Source of the DNA: Octopus sinensis | Lineage: Eukaryota | Assembly (NCBI RefSeq): GCF_006345805.1 | Contig: NC_043024.1 | Location: forward strand, 558,001 to 622,000 | Direction of reading: 5' to 3' | DNA: 64,000 nucleotides | Shown here: positions 22,226 to 35,134 of the stretch, piece after piece | Layout of the letters: every line of letters starts with the position of its first letter | How positions within the stretch are numbered: position 1 is the stretch's first letter | Program-made: the position numbers and the translations under genes | Notes under the pieces: generated by a model | Databases searched by the model: none | What the model was told of the DNA's origin: nothing | What the model saw: only the letters and a program-made list of their open reading frames with translations

Positions 22226-23721
22226 CCTTCAAGCCAAGTGCACCCATACTGTTCTCACGTAAAGAACATCTTTTGAATGTTGGGCCTCACGGAAGCAAAG
22301 TGGCCGAGTACCTTTCAAGTGTTGGGCCTCTTGGAGGCAATGACCAAGACCTTTGGCATTATGTTGTGCTTGAGAAGACCCATCAAGCCGAACAAAATTG
22401 CAGTTGTGGCAGATACTGTTGTCATGCAAATTGGCACCCATTGCACTCTTGGAGTGATTGGCATTAGGAAGGACATCCAGCCGTAGAAAACCATGCCAAA
22501 TCAGACTGGAGTCTGGTGCAGCCTTCCAGCATACCAACACATGGACAACAGACGTTAAATAATGATAATATATATATATATCTTTTTATCTTATATTATA
22601 CTTTTTATCTTATATTAAACTTTTTAATACTTTTTGATAGTTATATATATTTAAAAAAAAATTTAAATATAAATTAATAATTTTAAATTTAAATAATTTA
22701 AATTTTAAAATTTTATATATTTTGTATATTATATTAATTATTTTTTATGTTTTTCACTGTTTGATTTGCCTAATAGTGGTTTTATCTCTAATTTAATTTA
22801 TATATATATATATATAATGCATGTCAGAGTATTACAGTATTGACCTGACTATCAGATATTGTTATACATCGCTGGTTGCAATGCTCTTTGCATCATTTTA
22901 GCTTATCTAATGATACCACCCTGTTGGCTAGGTGAGTTGGAAGACTAACTTGTTGTAGGGTTAATCATATTTACAGCTGAGTGGACTGGGGCAATGTGAA
23001 ATGAAGTGTTTTGCTCAAGAACAGAATATACCACTCGGTCTGAAAGTTGAAACCACAATCTCATGATCATGACTGCAACATGACAAAATCCCTAACCAGT
23101 AGGCTATGCATCTTCACACATATATATATATATACTCTGTATATGTCTTTATATTTGTGTATATAGTCGTCCACTCTGTAAGGTGGTTGGTGTTAGGCAG
23201 TGTATCCAGCTGTATAAACCCTGCCAAAACAGACAGGGAAGCCTGGTACAGTCCCCTGCCAATTCCTGTAAATTCATCCAACCCATGCCAACATAGCAAA
23301 CTGACATTAAATGATGATGATGATATATATATTTGAATAGGTTAACAGAACCCAAATAACTACACTTTCCTCTGTCTGTCCTTTTCTTCTGAAGATGGGC
23401 CTTTGCACTTGAAATATAAAGGTTTTATTAAACTTTCCACATTGTCAGAAGCATTTCATTTTCTCTTTTTTACCTTCTTCGACAAGGTACAAGTCTGTGC
23501 AAGGTTGTTTATGGAAGACCAGCAGTTGCCCATGGATATCAGCATCCCTTCTCCACACTACTGATGTTATCCAAAGGAAAGGCAAAGGCTGAGTGAACTG
23601 GAACAATGTGAAATAAAGTGTCTTGCTCAAGAACACAACACACAGCCTGGTATGGGAATCAAACTCACTACCTCGTGATTATGAGCCCAACACTCTAACC
23701 ACAGAATCATGTGCCTTACTA

Positions 23722-25500
23722 GTTCTAAAACAATGCCTTTGAGTAATAACCGTTTAACAGACAGTATCTGGGATCTTTGAAACTACCTTTAAGTTTATCA
23801 GCAATTCCATTACATTTATTGAGAACAGTCATATTAGACCGTCTGAGACAAGAAGAAAAGCTAATCTTTAGGATTCTTCTGTTAAAAATTCTGTGATATG
23901 TCACTTGGAAAATGTCAAGATTTAGTAAATTAAAAATTTCTTGACCTGCATTTGTTGTAACACTTATGCTAAATGTTGGATTATATCACAAAACCTTTCT
24001 AGCTCTTGCTCTATGAAACCTGGGGTTGGCACCATTAGCAATATTGGAAATCTGATTGTAATATGGTAAGGCATCATTAAAAGCTACCTCATCTGATGAC
24101 ACTGAGAAAATACATTTACCCATATGTTGACCATATTTTTGAGAATACAGGTTGGGTAGTTTGATGCTTTGTTGATATAGAGTAGTGTTTGATTAGGCTT
24201 GCAATCTGACTTAAAAGTGTTTGATCACAAATCTGAGTTAATATCTAAAAAGTTAACATTATTAAGGGTCATGTCAACTAATTTTTAGCCCATCTGTTGG
24301 AAGAATACAATAAGATTCTTCCTAAGGCTATCATTCCTGTATAAACCTACATCTAAATTAGATTTTATATGCAAATAGTGCAAAATTTACGCTCCTTCAT
24401 ACATACCCATCAGTACATTAAACAAAGCACCTCTATTCTTCTTGACCCAGGTGAAGTCATGGCAAAATAGTAAAGATTTCCCAGCATGCAGGATGATGTT
24501 GGTGTCAGACTTGCTGATGGGCACATATTCCTTAGCAAAATCTAGTGCTTTGAGCAGTAGTGGTCTTGTTATAGATGGGTAGAAGCCCACGATATTAATC
24601 TTGGTAAACTTACAATTATTACTTATCGTTAATGCCTTTAAACCAGTCTATAACAGATGTGCTGTTATCCCATAAAGGGAATTCTATGAATCTAGGGATC
24701 TTATGAAGAATTGAATCTAAAATATTCTTGCTAATTATTTGTATTTTTGTTTTAGCTGGGTTGATTGGTCTACAGTTAGGGTTTTTGCTAAAATTGGCTT
24801 TGAGACCTTAAAGGGAGGTACTCTATTTCATTACTGACATTAAGGCTGGTTGCTATTCTTCTTGCTACAAAGTTCATCTCTTTGTATAAAGCATTGTCCA
24901 CTTTCTTATAAGTGTCTGTGATGCTGTTGGAGAGAAGCCTGTTATATAAATTTTTGTCCACAGCATATTGGTTTTTTTGATTTGCCAGATTGTATGAAAA
25001 TGTTGTAATTTATATAGTTAATCTGTCCCTATAGAGTCCCCTGGCAAGCATTGCCCACCATACTGAATTTCTTTTCAAAAGGTTCTAAATTCTTATTTGC
25101 TAGGGGGTTTTTCCTTGATTTGAGGTGGTCAGTGCTGTCTTGTCATTCATTCCTTTTGCAAAAATATGCTTGCCATCTCATTCTGTGGAAGAAATCTTTG
25201 GTTTTCTCTATAGATTTTTCAAGCACTGCTTATTCAATGGAACTGGAGTGTTCTTCATTGAAAAATTCAGTAGGTGTTCCGTTTTCTCCTTGTGGAGATC
25301 ACTTGAACTTACAAAAGGAGTAATACACCATACAAGTAGACATAGGTGCAAAATGAAGTGGGGAAAAATAGTACTCGAATAGCAAAAGTAGAGTAAAATA
25401 CTGTTTTATTAAAGCCAAAAATATATTTCAAAAACTATTATTCAGAATTTCACGTGACTGCCTATCAAACAGTTGTGATGATACAAAAAACTGGTAAAGA
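23722..25500 (-). mobile_element. Decayed Penelope-like retroelement: 5' pseudo-LTR with hammerhead relic, RT domain and start of GIY-YIG region
   Basis: Interrupted frames give EKTKDFFHRMRWQAYF, GFYPSITRPLLLKALDFAKEYV..LFNVLMGMYEGA, VNFLDI, YNPTFSISVTTN..RIFNRRILKISFS, all typical of PLE ORFs. Confidence 0.85.
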
Positions 25501-27808
25501 AATTTTATAAATTGTGTGTAAGCGTTTATGGTTACCAATTCAACAAATAAACATTTAAAGCTGATTGGGCAAATATTTAGAAACATAATGGTGTACATTG
25601 GATGCAAGTGGGGATCGACTGTAAACAGAAATAAACATAAATGATAGATGAATTGATAAACAATTGTAGTAAAAGAGTAAACAAAGTAAAATGATCTGTG
25701 TCAAGAATAAGAAATAGCAAGAAATTAAAAAAGAACCAAATAGAATTGGGACAAAAATGAAAATTGAAGATTAAAAACTACAACTGCTAACACTGAGGAA
25801 ATACACTTAGCCATTCTAAGCATATTTTTGAGAATAGAGTGGATGATTTGACGTTGATATTGAGTAGCTTTTCATTAGGCTTAAAAGTGTTGGATCACAA
25901 ATCTAAGTTGATATCTAAAAATTTAACACTTTTCCTGGTGGGTCTTTGCTATGCTGGTGTCGTTTGCCGTAGGCACATTGTTGTCAGGGGTGCTGGTGTC
26001 TGTTTTGTTGTGTTCCTCTCTTACAGCATCACTCTGATTCTTCTTAGTTTCCATTGAAGTAGTTTGGAGTGTGTGGCACTGGCTTTTTTTTTTTTTTTTT
26101 TGTGCCTTTTTCTGTTTTGTCCTCTTTGAAAATACTGTTTTAATCACTCAATGTGCAGTTTAATCAGAGCATATAAATTCATTCTTTTCCCTTTCTATTT
26201 GAGCTATGGTTTGGTGAAAAGCAAAGCACTCCACAGTCTCTGGATTTGATTGTTTGTTGGTGATCCTTCTGCTAAATCCCATGCAAGGAGCAGTTTTTAT
26301 TTCCTCAAACTGTCAGTTTCTTTGGATTTTAAAAGCAATGGTATTTTTGGTGTAGTTGGTTTTGCTGAGACAGAGAGGGTGGAGGGTGGGAAGAAGTAGA
26401 CATATGCAGAGAGAGAGAGAGAGGGGGGTGTAAAAGTAGTCAAGAAAAGCAGGGTGATGTAAATGGAGATGAAGTGACAGAGAGAAAACAACAGATGCGA
26501 TAGAGGGATGTAGGGGTAGTCAGAAAAGGCAGAGAGAGAAGATGAGATCGAGAGAGAAAGAGATGGAAATGCAAAAACAGAGGGGGAAATGTGGAGGTAA
26601 GAGAAACGGATAAATTCATGCAGATAGAGATGAAGAGGTATAAATAAAAAGATAGAGAGGAAAAGACGGGAAAGAATGTAAGTTGCAGGGATAGAGAAAT
26701 ATATCAATGCAAATAGCGATGGAGACACAGCTCAAAGACATCAATAAAAATTCAATCTGACACCAAGCAGGTGTTAATAAGAATTATCAGCAGGTATTTA
26801 GGAAAAAAGTGAATAATCAACTTTTGTTTCTCTTACCTTCAAATTGGCTAAATTAAAACAAAACAGAATTCTCCATGCTTTGCCATGTCCTTACCTAAAT
26901 GCAAGATGTAACCTACATAGTTCATCATTGAAAAATTTGAAGACCTCACATTCTAAAATTTCTTGCATTATTTTAGCAATCTACAAAATTGCATACAAAA
27001 GTTAGGCTTATACAAGTTAAAATCTCATCACCATATTTTCAGAGAGAAAAACAGCATTCGTATGGAGAGATCTCGTTATATTCAGGCAACATGTCAAGTT
27101 GACCTTGATCTTTTGACGTCAGAAAATTCCTTATAACTGTATAATGGTTGATTGAACTAAAAATAATTTTTTAATTATGACATATTGGCAGTAATAAGTT
27201 TCAGCAAGAGACCAATTAGATTTCAATTCAGTTCAATCTAATCGCAATTTTTCAAGATTTTCCAAGAGTTTAACTTGACAAACCTTGACTAGTGAGGGCT
27301 GTCTTTATGTATATGGTTAATAATTTCTAGATGGGCTTGCCATATATTCAGCATGACTCCTGTTCCTATTCCTCCAGTCTGTAACCCTCATTTGAGGGCT
27401 CTTATCTTGGCAACCTCACTGGTGCTGGTACCATGTAAAAGGTACCCAGTACACTCTGTTAAGTGGTTGGCATTAGGAAGGGCGTCCAGCCATAGAAGCC
27501 ATAGAATCTAACTGACTCCTCTAACTTGTCTGTTCTTATCAAACTGTCCAATCCATGCTGGCTTGGAAAAAAAGGACATTAAATGATGATTTTAGTTATC
27601 ACGAGGTGCAGGAGTGGCTAGGAAGCTTACTTCCCAACCACATGGTCCTGGGTTCAGTCCCACTGCATGGCACCTTGGGCAAGTGTCTTCTACTATAGCC
27701 TTGGGCCGACCAAAGCCTTGTGAGTGGATTTGGTAGATGGAAACTGAAAGAAGCCCATCATATATATATATATACACATACATACATACATACATATATA
27801 TATATATA

Positions 27809-28388
27809 TTATAAGTATTATCACAATACAATAGTATTATTTTCCAGTGAAATAGAGCACCATAAAGGTAGAATTATAAATAGGAAATAGTGGCACAACA
27901 AGGTACGAAGTTTTACTGGCAATACTAGGTAAAGCTTCACTGAATGTATAGAAGCAAAGATGTGTGTGGATGGCAAACAAAAATTTTTTGTCTTACCTCT
28001 AGGAAGAATGCCAGAGAAATGGACAACCTAGGACTTGGGTTTCGGACTTTTCAGAATACGTTTGTTATCATAAAACTGATTGGTGTTGGTTGGCTAGGTC
28101 TACTGAAAAACTAAATTTAAAATATCTGCTACATCAGTGCCTGTATACGCAGCCAATAGCCCCAGCCATAAACAGAACCAAGATCAGTGAAAAAGTTTTA
28201 TATAAAAATTATAAATATTGATACAATAGTATTATTTTCCAGTGAAATAAAGCACCGTAATGGTAGAATTATAAATAGGAAATAGTGGCATAACAGGATA
28301 CCAATTTTTACTGGAAATAGCAGTTGATAGCCGTTTGATGCTAGGTAAAGCTTCATAATGTATAGATGCAAAGATGTGTGCAGGTGGC
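27809..28388. repeat. Pair of about 165-180 bp diverged direct repeats around a unique spacer of about 235 bp
   Basis: 27809-27973 and 28209-28388 share AATAGTATTATTTTCCAGTGAAATA..GTAGAATTATAAATAGGAAATAGTGGCA..CTAGGTAAAGCTTCA..GCAAAGATGTGTG. Confidence 0.85.
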
Positions 28389-29544
28389 GAATTATATCCT
28401 ATTTATATATATGTGTGTGTCTGTGTTTGTACCCACCATCACTGCTTGAGAACTGGCGTTGGTGTGTTTATGTCCCAATAACTTAGTGGTTCAGCAAAAG
28501 TGATGCTAGAATAAGTACTGGACTTCAAAAAATAAGTCCTGGAGTTGATTTTTTTTACTAAAAACCCTTCAAGGCGGTGCTCCAACATGGCTGCAGTCAA
28601 GTGGCTGAAACAAGTAAAAGAATAAAAGAATATATGTATATATATGTCTATATACATGTGTATCTATGTGTGTGTGTATATATATATATAGACTTAATCC
28701 GTTTGTCCATCCTTGTTTGTCTCCTCTATGTTTAGCCCCTTGTGGGCAATAAAGAAATAAGAATTAAGTGCTACCATCCAATCGTGGCCGTTTGCCAGCC
28801 TCGTCTGGCATGTAAAAAGCACCTACTACACTCACGGAGTGGTTGGCGTTAGGAAGGGCATCCAGCTGTAGAAACACTGCCAGATCAAGACTGGGCCTGA
28901 TGCAGCCTTCTGGCTTCCCAGACCCCAGTTGAACCGTCCAACCCATGCTAGCATGGAGAGCGGATGTTAAACGATGATGATTATATGTGTGTGTCCATAT
29001 ATGTGTATGTATGTATACGTCTATATACATGTGTATGTATATATGTCTATATACATGCGTAGGTATATGTCTATATACATGTGTGTATATGTATGTGTAC
29101 TCACATGTGCATGTATGTTTGTGCACGTGTGTGCACATGTATGTGTGCATGTATATGTACGTACAGAGGTATATGGACATATCCATGTGAATATGCATGT
29201 TGGTATTTGGCATACTGAAGACCACTGGGAATGAGGCACCCCTCTGCCTTAGTTAAAGCATGTCTCTAGGTGAAGGTCACTCTGATATATGTAGGGAATG
29301 GCATTGACCATATTGGGGCTCTTATGCTTGCACTTGTGATCATGCCTTAACTTGTCTCTGGATCATGTCAGTAGGGTGGAGAGGATCTGTGAGGTGCTGT
29401 ACAAGCCTTATTACCTGTATCTTGGGCAACTGTCTTCTACTAAAGCCTCAGGTTGACCAAAGTTTTATGGGCAGATTTGGTGAATGGAAACTGAAAGAAG
29501 CCCTTTGTAATGTATGTATATATTTGTGTATGTGTATATATATA

Positions 29545-29582
<38 letters not shown>

Positions 29583-30369
29583 TATCCCCCACTGCTGCTT
29601 GACAGCCAGTGTTGGTTTGTTTATGTCCCTGCAACATAGCAATTCAGCAGAAGAGAATGATAGAGTAAGTGTAAGATTAAAAAAAAAAAAATTACTGGTG
29701 TCAATTTGTTCAATTAAACCCTTCAGAGGTGGTGCCCCAGCATGGCTGCAATCCAGTGACTGAAGCAAGTAAAAGTTGTAACATTACCTGATATTACTGA
29801 CAATAGCAACTGTATATTCACAAGGTATTTTGTTCATTGCTCTACCTACTCAGCCATCACCACTCATATACTTATTTCTGGTCATCTGACTCCTGCAAAC
29901 AGAGAAAAGTAGACATTGAAACAACGATGCGACAATTTTAGTCTTGCAAGTTGCATGGCAACCTTACTACTGCTGGTGACATGAAAAAAGCACCCTGTAC
30001 ATGCTATTAAGTGGTTGGCATTATTAGGAAGGGCATTCAGCTGTAGAAACGATGCCAAAGCAGGCATTGGAGCACAATGCTGTCTTCGGAGCCATCAGTT
30101 CCTGTAAAACTCCCCAACCCATGCCAGCAAGGAACATGGACATTAAATGTGGAAAATGATTAAATATGTCCTTGTATGAATGTCCAGAGCAACATTTCTG
30201 AATAACAAAAAAAAGCAGAGATTTCACTGATGTTTTAGAATTTCATTATTTATTCTACAACTATTTTGATGGTGAAAATACAATCACTATCATTAATATA
30301 ACTGCTTAATATATAAAAATACATGATTAGTTTAAATCTACTGGATAAAACCATTTTGTCAGGAAATCA

Positions 30370-30720
30370 TCATCATCATCATCATCATCTTTTAGCGTCC
30401 GCTTTCCATGCTAGCATGGGTTGGACGGGTCAACTGGGGTCTGTGAAGCTGGAAGGCTTCGTCAGGCCCAGTCAGATCTGGCAGTGTTTCTACGGCTGGA
30501 TGCCCTTCTTAATGCCAACCACTCTGCGAGTGTAGTGGGTGTTTTTTACGTGCCACCTGCACAGGTGCCAGACAGAGCTGGCGAACGGCCACGAACGGAT
30601 GGTGCTTTTACGTGTCACCGGCACGGGGCCAGGCGATGCTGGCAACGGACACGAACGGATGGTGCTTTTACGTGCCACCGACACGGGGCCAGACAGAGCT
30701 GGCAAATATCTGTTGCAGCC
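30370..30720 (-). mobile_element. RTE 3'-UTR-derived retroposon with an internal 60-bp tandem duplication
   Basis: (ATC)n tail at about 30370-30390, CCATGCTAGCATGGGTTGGACGG motif, GGTGCTTTTACGTG repeated at 30601 and 30661. Confidence 0.85.
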
Positions 30721-30748
30721 AGTGCTTGCTGTAAAACGGTTGAGAATC

Positions 30749-30847
30749 GGAAGAGCATCAAGGGGACACTGGAGCACAATAGGAAGAGCATCAAGGGGAC
30801 ACTGGAGCACAATAGGAAGAGCATCAAGGGAACACTGGAGCACAATG
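30749..30847. repeat. 33-bp tandem repeat, 3 copies
   Basis: GGAAGAGCATCAAGGGGACACTGGAGCACAATA at 30749, 30782, 30815. Confidence 0.95.
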
Positions 30848-33589
30848 CTGTCCTTGGACTCACTGGATCTTGTTCCACGGTTTCACCCACACCAACATGG
30901 AAATGCTTATTAAAACCGTTTTTGTTGCCGTATTTCTTTTGAAATACACTGCATTTGTTCCAATTAATTATGAAATAATTTATTAAAAGAGCTTTGTCCA
31001 TATTAATTTGGTATTTGAAACAAAATAACATGAAATTTTGAAAGATTTTTATTTAGATCACCTTGAAACATAAAGTTTGGATCAAAGAACCAGTTGCGGT
31101 TTTGGGCAGGCTGGTTTCCAAAGGGTTAGATGACGATGAGGATTAAATATGTTAACACTGATGTAATTCTAGTTATTAGTCTGGAGATTCTGAGTTCAAA
31201 CCCTACTCGAAGACTTAGGTGATTCTCTCTTCAAGATCATACCATTTGTGACCTTATACAAATGGAAGGTCACGGTGGGATACTTTGTTTAATTATTTAA
31301 CACATAATCAGGGTTAGTTAACAACTTTTTTTCTTTTTCTCTAGTTTTAAAAAGAAAGTTCTTTCAGTGGAATAAAAGTTGTTGAAATTGAGAAAAATAT
31401 AATAATAAAAAAAAGAGCAAAAACTCTCTTAGGGATTTAGTATTCATTTTTTCATTTCTTCACTGATTCATAAAACTTCATTTAGATACTCTCTCTCTGT
31501 TCCTCTCTTTCTTTTCATATCTTTGTCTACCCTGCCATTTTCCCTCCCCCACCCATTATGTTGTACTACAATTAGTCCATTGTACCGAGATAGCTGGGTT
31601 ACTGTTCATGTCTCTGTAATGCATTATTATTTAGCTAAGCTGACTTTTTAGCTAGCTGGCTAGTTTAATTGTACCTTTCGGTAAAATTATCCTCTGTTCT
31701 GTTTTTGTCTTTGTCGTTGACAATTGCTCTCTAACCATTGTCACATGGTACACACACACACACACACACACATTCTGCTACCTTCTGCCACCCACCCCCA
31801 CCACAGCTTGTCCCAACTGACCAAGTCTAAGAAAAGCACTTTAGTAGACTACCATTGTGTTGAGTGTGATAGGTCCTTGCTAGGTTCTGCACTTAGTTGC
31901 TGTAAAAGACAGCTTGGAGGGTGGTGCCAGGAATAATGGCCATGCTACGATCACTGTAGCAGCAATAGTAATTTAATGTGGTGTGACTTTTTGTTTTCTG
32001 TTAATTACTCTGTTAATCTATTCTTCATTAGTCATTGCTCTCATAAACCAGACAGGACTCTAAGCAGAAAGGACTCCTATTTCTCTTGTTATATCTTGTG
32101 GATGCTTTACTGCATTATTGTCTTTTGTTAGAATTGTTTTCTTTTTAGAAGATGGTGTATTATAATTTCACAGGCAAGTAAGTGACTCTCTTGTTTTAAC
32201 TTGTATTTTTATATTAGCATGAACATATATGGTTTTATAAATCTTGCTTAAGTTCCAGAAATATATATATATATATAAAGTAGTCAGCAGTTTTTAGTAT
32301 CATTTATGCTATACTTTGCTTAGGTTCTTCATTGGCACGTTTCCATAAGACTGGTTTTGTTCTTTCAAGAATAACCAAAATCTAACTGTGTATATGTGGG
32401 GGTGTATAATGTATATCAGTCCATGTGTATTCAAAATTTTGAAGACATAACAGTATTCCTGTGTCAGAAGATGCAAATAAAAGGGTTGCACAAAGAAGAG
32501 CATACAGCCATAAACCACACCCTCAAATATAAGTGTATTTCTGTGTGTGTATATGTAAGCTCATTAAAAAAATATACATCAGCTACGGAGAGGTAGTATT
32601 TCTGCCCACTTCGATGAACATGGGATGTTCTGTTGGAACAGACTATACTTCACCACATGGTGTCTTCTTCAATATAGTTTGTCCAAACAGAACATCCATG
32701 TTTAACCTGGTAGCATTCAGATTTTTTCTGTCAAATGTAAGGCCCATGTATTCACACCATTTAAAATTAATCATGCATTATTTCATGGCTTTGTGATTTC
32801 TTTTTTTTTTTTAAATGACACTGTAAGGTAGCCATAAAAGACCATATCTGACTAGTTTGAAGATGAAACAGGCAGAATATTTTGGCCAGATATCACTGGT
32901 TTAAAAATTAAAGGGTCAAGTGGGCAAAAATATTACCCCTTGCTTGTATTTGTGTATATATTTACACATGTACATGTATATATGTGTAGGTTTGTATGTG
33001 TGTGTGTGTGTGTGTGTGTTCATGAATGAATATCCAGAGCAACGTATTAAAAGAGTAAAGAGCCCTTTGGTCCCAAATAACCATGGGATTGCACCTTGAA
33101 GGTTCCCCTTTGAGGCACAAGTCCCGACAAGATTGTTTATGGAAGACCAACAGTTGCTTATGCATACCAACCTCCCTTCTCCATGCCACTGATGTTATCC
33201 AAGGAAAAGGCAAAGGGGCCGATACAGCTTGGCACCAGTCATGTTGCAACTCATTTCTACAGCTGAGCTGGTCTCAGTCGACATCTGTCTATCACTAATA
33301 TTGCCCTCCCACCCCTATTTACCACTGATTACTCCTAGCCTTGTTTATTCATTCACAGCACTCACCTCTAATCACTTTCATTTTACCCACCATTACTGAT
33401 TCTCCCATCTCATCTCTTCACCTTCTATGTGACACCTTGAGAACATGTCCTGGTACCTTGTCTCCACCTCTATAATCTATTCTTCTTCTCAACCAAGGAG
33501 ATGCTTTTGTCTTGCAGGCCACAAACAAAGCTCCTAATACGTTTTGTAAAGTACTTGCAGAAGCAAGGGCATTCAGCTACAGCAGTGGA

Positions 33590-34241
33590 AGAATGTGATT
33601 TTCTCGGGCGAGTCATCCTTTACCTTATTTCTGACCACCGGCCGAGTATACATGTAGAGACAGCCAAAAGAGGCATTTGACCCAGCATGCCTTCTTTCAA
33701 CTGTTAAACATGGAGGAAGATCTGTGATGAGGGGGGGGGGGGGCTATATCTTTGGAATTCACTGGCGCAATGGTTTCTCTTTATGGCAGAATTAATAGTC
33801 AAGGCTATTTAAGCATTTTATCTGATCAAATTCATCTTATGGTTGTAGAACTGTTTCTGAAGAAAAACACAATCTTTCTGGATGATAATGCACCAATTCA
33901 CACAGCTAAAGTTGTTACTGAATGGCATGAGAAACATTCTTGTGAAGTTGAATATCTTATCCGGCCACCACAGTCCCCAGATCTCAATATTATCGAACAT
34001 TTATGGTGCATTTTAGGAAAACAAGTAAGGAGTCTATATCCTCCACCCTCATCACTACAAGAACTAGAGACTGTTTTAGCTGAAGAATGGACAAAAATTC
34101 CTTTGGAAACAAGTCAAACTTTGTACGAGTCTATACTTCGTAGAATTCAAGCTGTAATTACTGCCAAAGGCAGTCCTACCCCATATGAAAATAAATTTGT
34201 TTGAAATTTTAAGGTGTTTCCATTATTTTGTCCAACCCCTG
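33590..34241 (+). mobile_element. Tc1-like transposon 3' half with DD36E spacing and an intact right TIR
   Basis: IFSGESSF..TVKHGGRSVM then ORF 33752-34204 with DDNAPIH...PPQSPDLNIIEHLW; right end GGTGTTTCCATTATTTTGTCCAACCCCTG followed by TA. Confidence 0.88.
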
Positions 34242-34249
34242 TATATCCA

Positions 34250-34475
34250 GACCCGGGCTCAGTTGCCTTCATTGTTTCACCACCTGGCATACATACACCT
34301 TCTGTATTTTCTCATCTCGTCACCATCACAACATATTTTGAAAGTCCAAACTTCATCTTGATATTATTTGAAATAATCCACACAGAATGGAATAATCTGT
34401 TTAATTCTGCTTTGGTTTTTGTGAACAACTTCAGATCATCCATAAATAGCAGGTGATTGAGCTTTCCTTCACTAC
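34250..34475 (-). mobile_element. Non-LTR retrotransposon RT fragment, R4/Dong-like
   Basis: LNHLLFMDDLKLFTK..NIKMKFGLSK, an HLLxMDDLKL RT signature. Confidence 0.65.
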
Positions 34476-34878
34476 TTCTCAGATCATCATCATCATCATT
34501 ATAGAGCACCAAGCTGGCAGAATAGTTAGCATGCTGGGAAAAATGTTTAGCAGTATTTCATCTGTCTTTATGGATTCTATTCAGATGCTGCTGAGGCTGA
34601 CTTTGTCTTTCTGCTAAAATAAGTACCAGTTGAGCACTGAGGCTGATGTAATCAGCTTACCCCAGCTCCCAAAATTGCTGGCCTTGTGCCAAAATTTGAA
34701 ACCATTATTGTTCTTATTATTATGGATGTTGGTAGGTCAGGCTTGAGGACACTGAGTGTTCAATCTTAGAGGCCTCATAAAGAGTGAAGAGCATGCCCTT
34801 CCCCTTTGATTAACAATATTTTGATCCAACACCTATGTCTATATTTAATATTTTACTTTTGTTTGTCTGTCATTACAG

Positions 34879-35134
34879 TGCTGAAGCAGCGGCTCGTAAG
34901 AAGAGCAAGAAGAAGAAACGTAAGCAAAAGGACATTGAAAGATCCAGCGGAGATTCTGATAGCCAGGTGTTTGCTGATGAAAAAGAACATAGAATTCCAC
35001 GGATTGAGGGCAAAAGTGATCAATCACAATCAGGAATTGAAGCTGATTCGGAAGGAACAGAGTCCAAAAATCAAGCCCCTCTTGACAAGGATGACAAAGC
35101 TGTTACTAAAGATGGTCAACCAGAGAATTCCAAG
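34879..35134 (+). CDS. NMT1: NMT coding exon 2 (polybasic KKSKKKKRKQK plus acidic linker)
   Basis: cattacag acceptor, 256 nt, phase 2/0, AAG|gtaggt donor; lysine tract typical of metazoan NMT N-termini. Confidence 0.85.

Noticed and set aside
26297-26728. 143-aa hydrophobic ORF on the minus strand
   Set aside because: Translation of a GA-rich low-complexity tract; no splice or homology support.
28764-29239. Several His/Tyr/Cys/Val-rich ORFs (also 9594-9941 and 45572-45979)
   Set aside because: Artefacts of (TA)n/(TG)n/(TATG)n microsatellites.
30749-30847. 33-bp repeats as a CRISPR-like array
   Set aside because: Units are contiguous with no unique spacers, there are no cas genes, and the context is eukaryotic.
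32580-32800. Possible second PLE-type RT remnant on the minus strand
   Set aside because: Similarity to RT motifs is too weak to call by eye; needs an HMM search.
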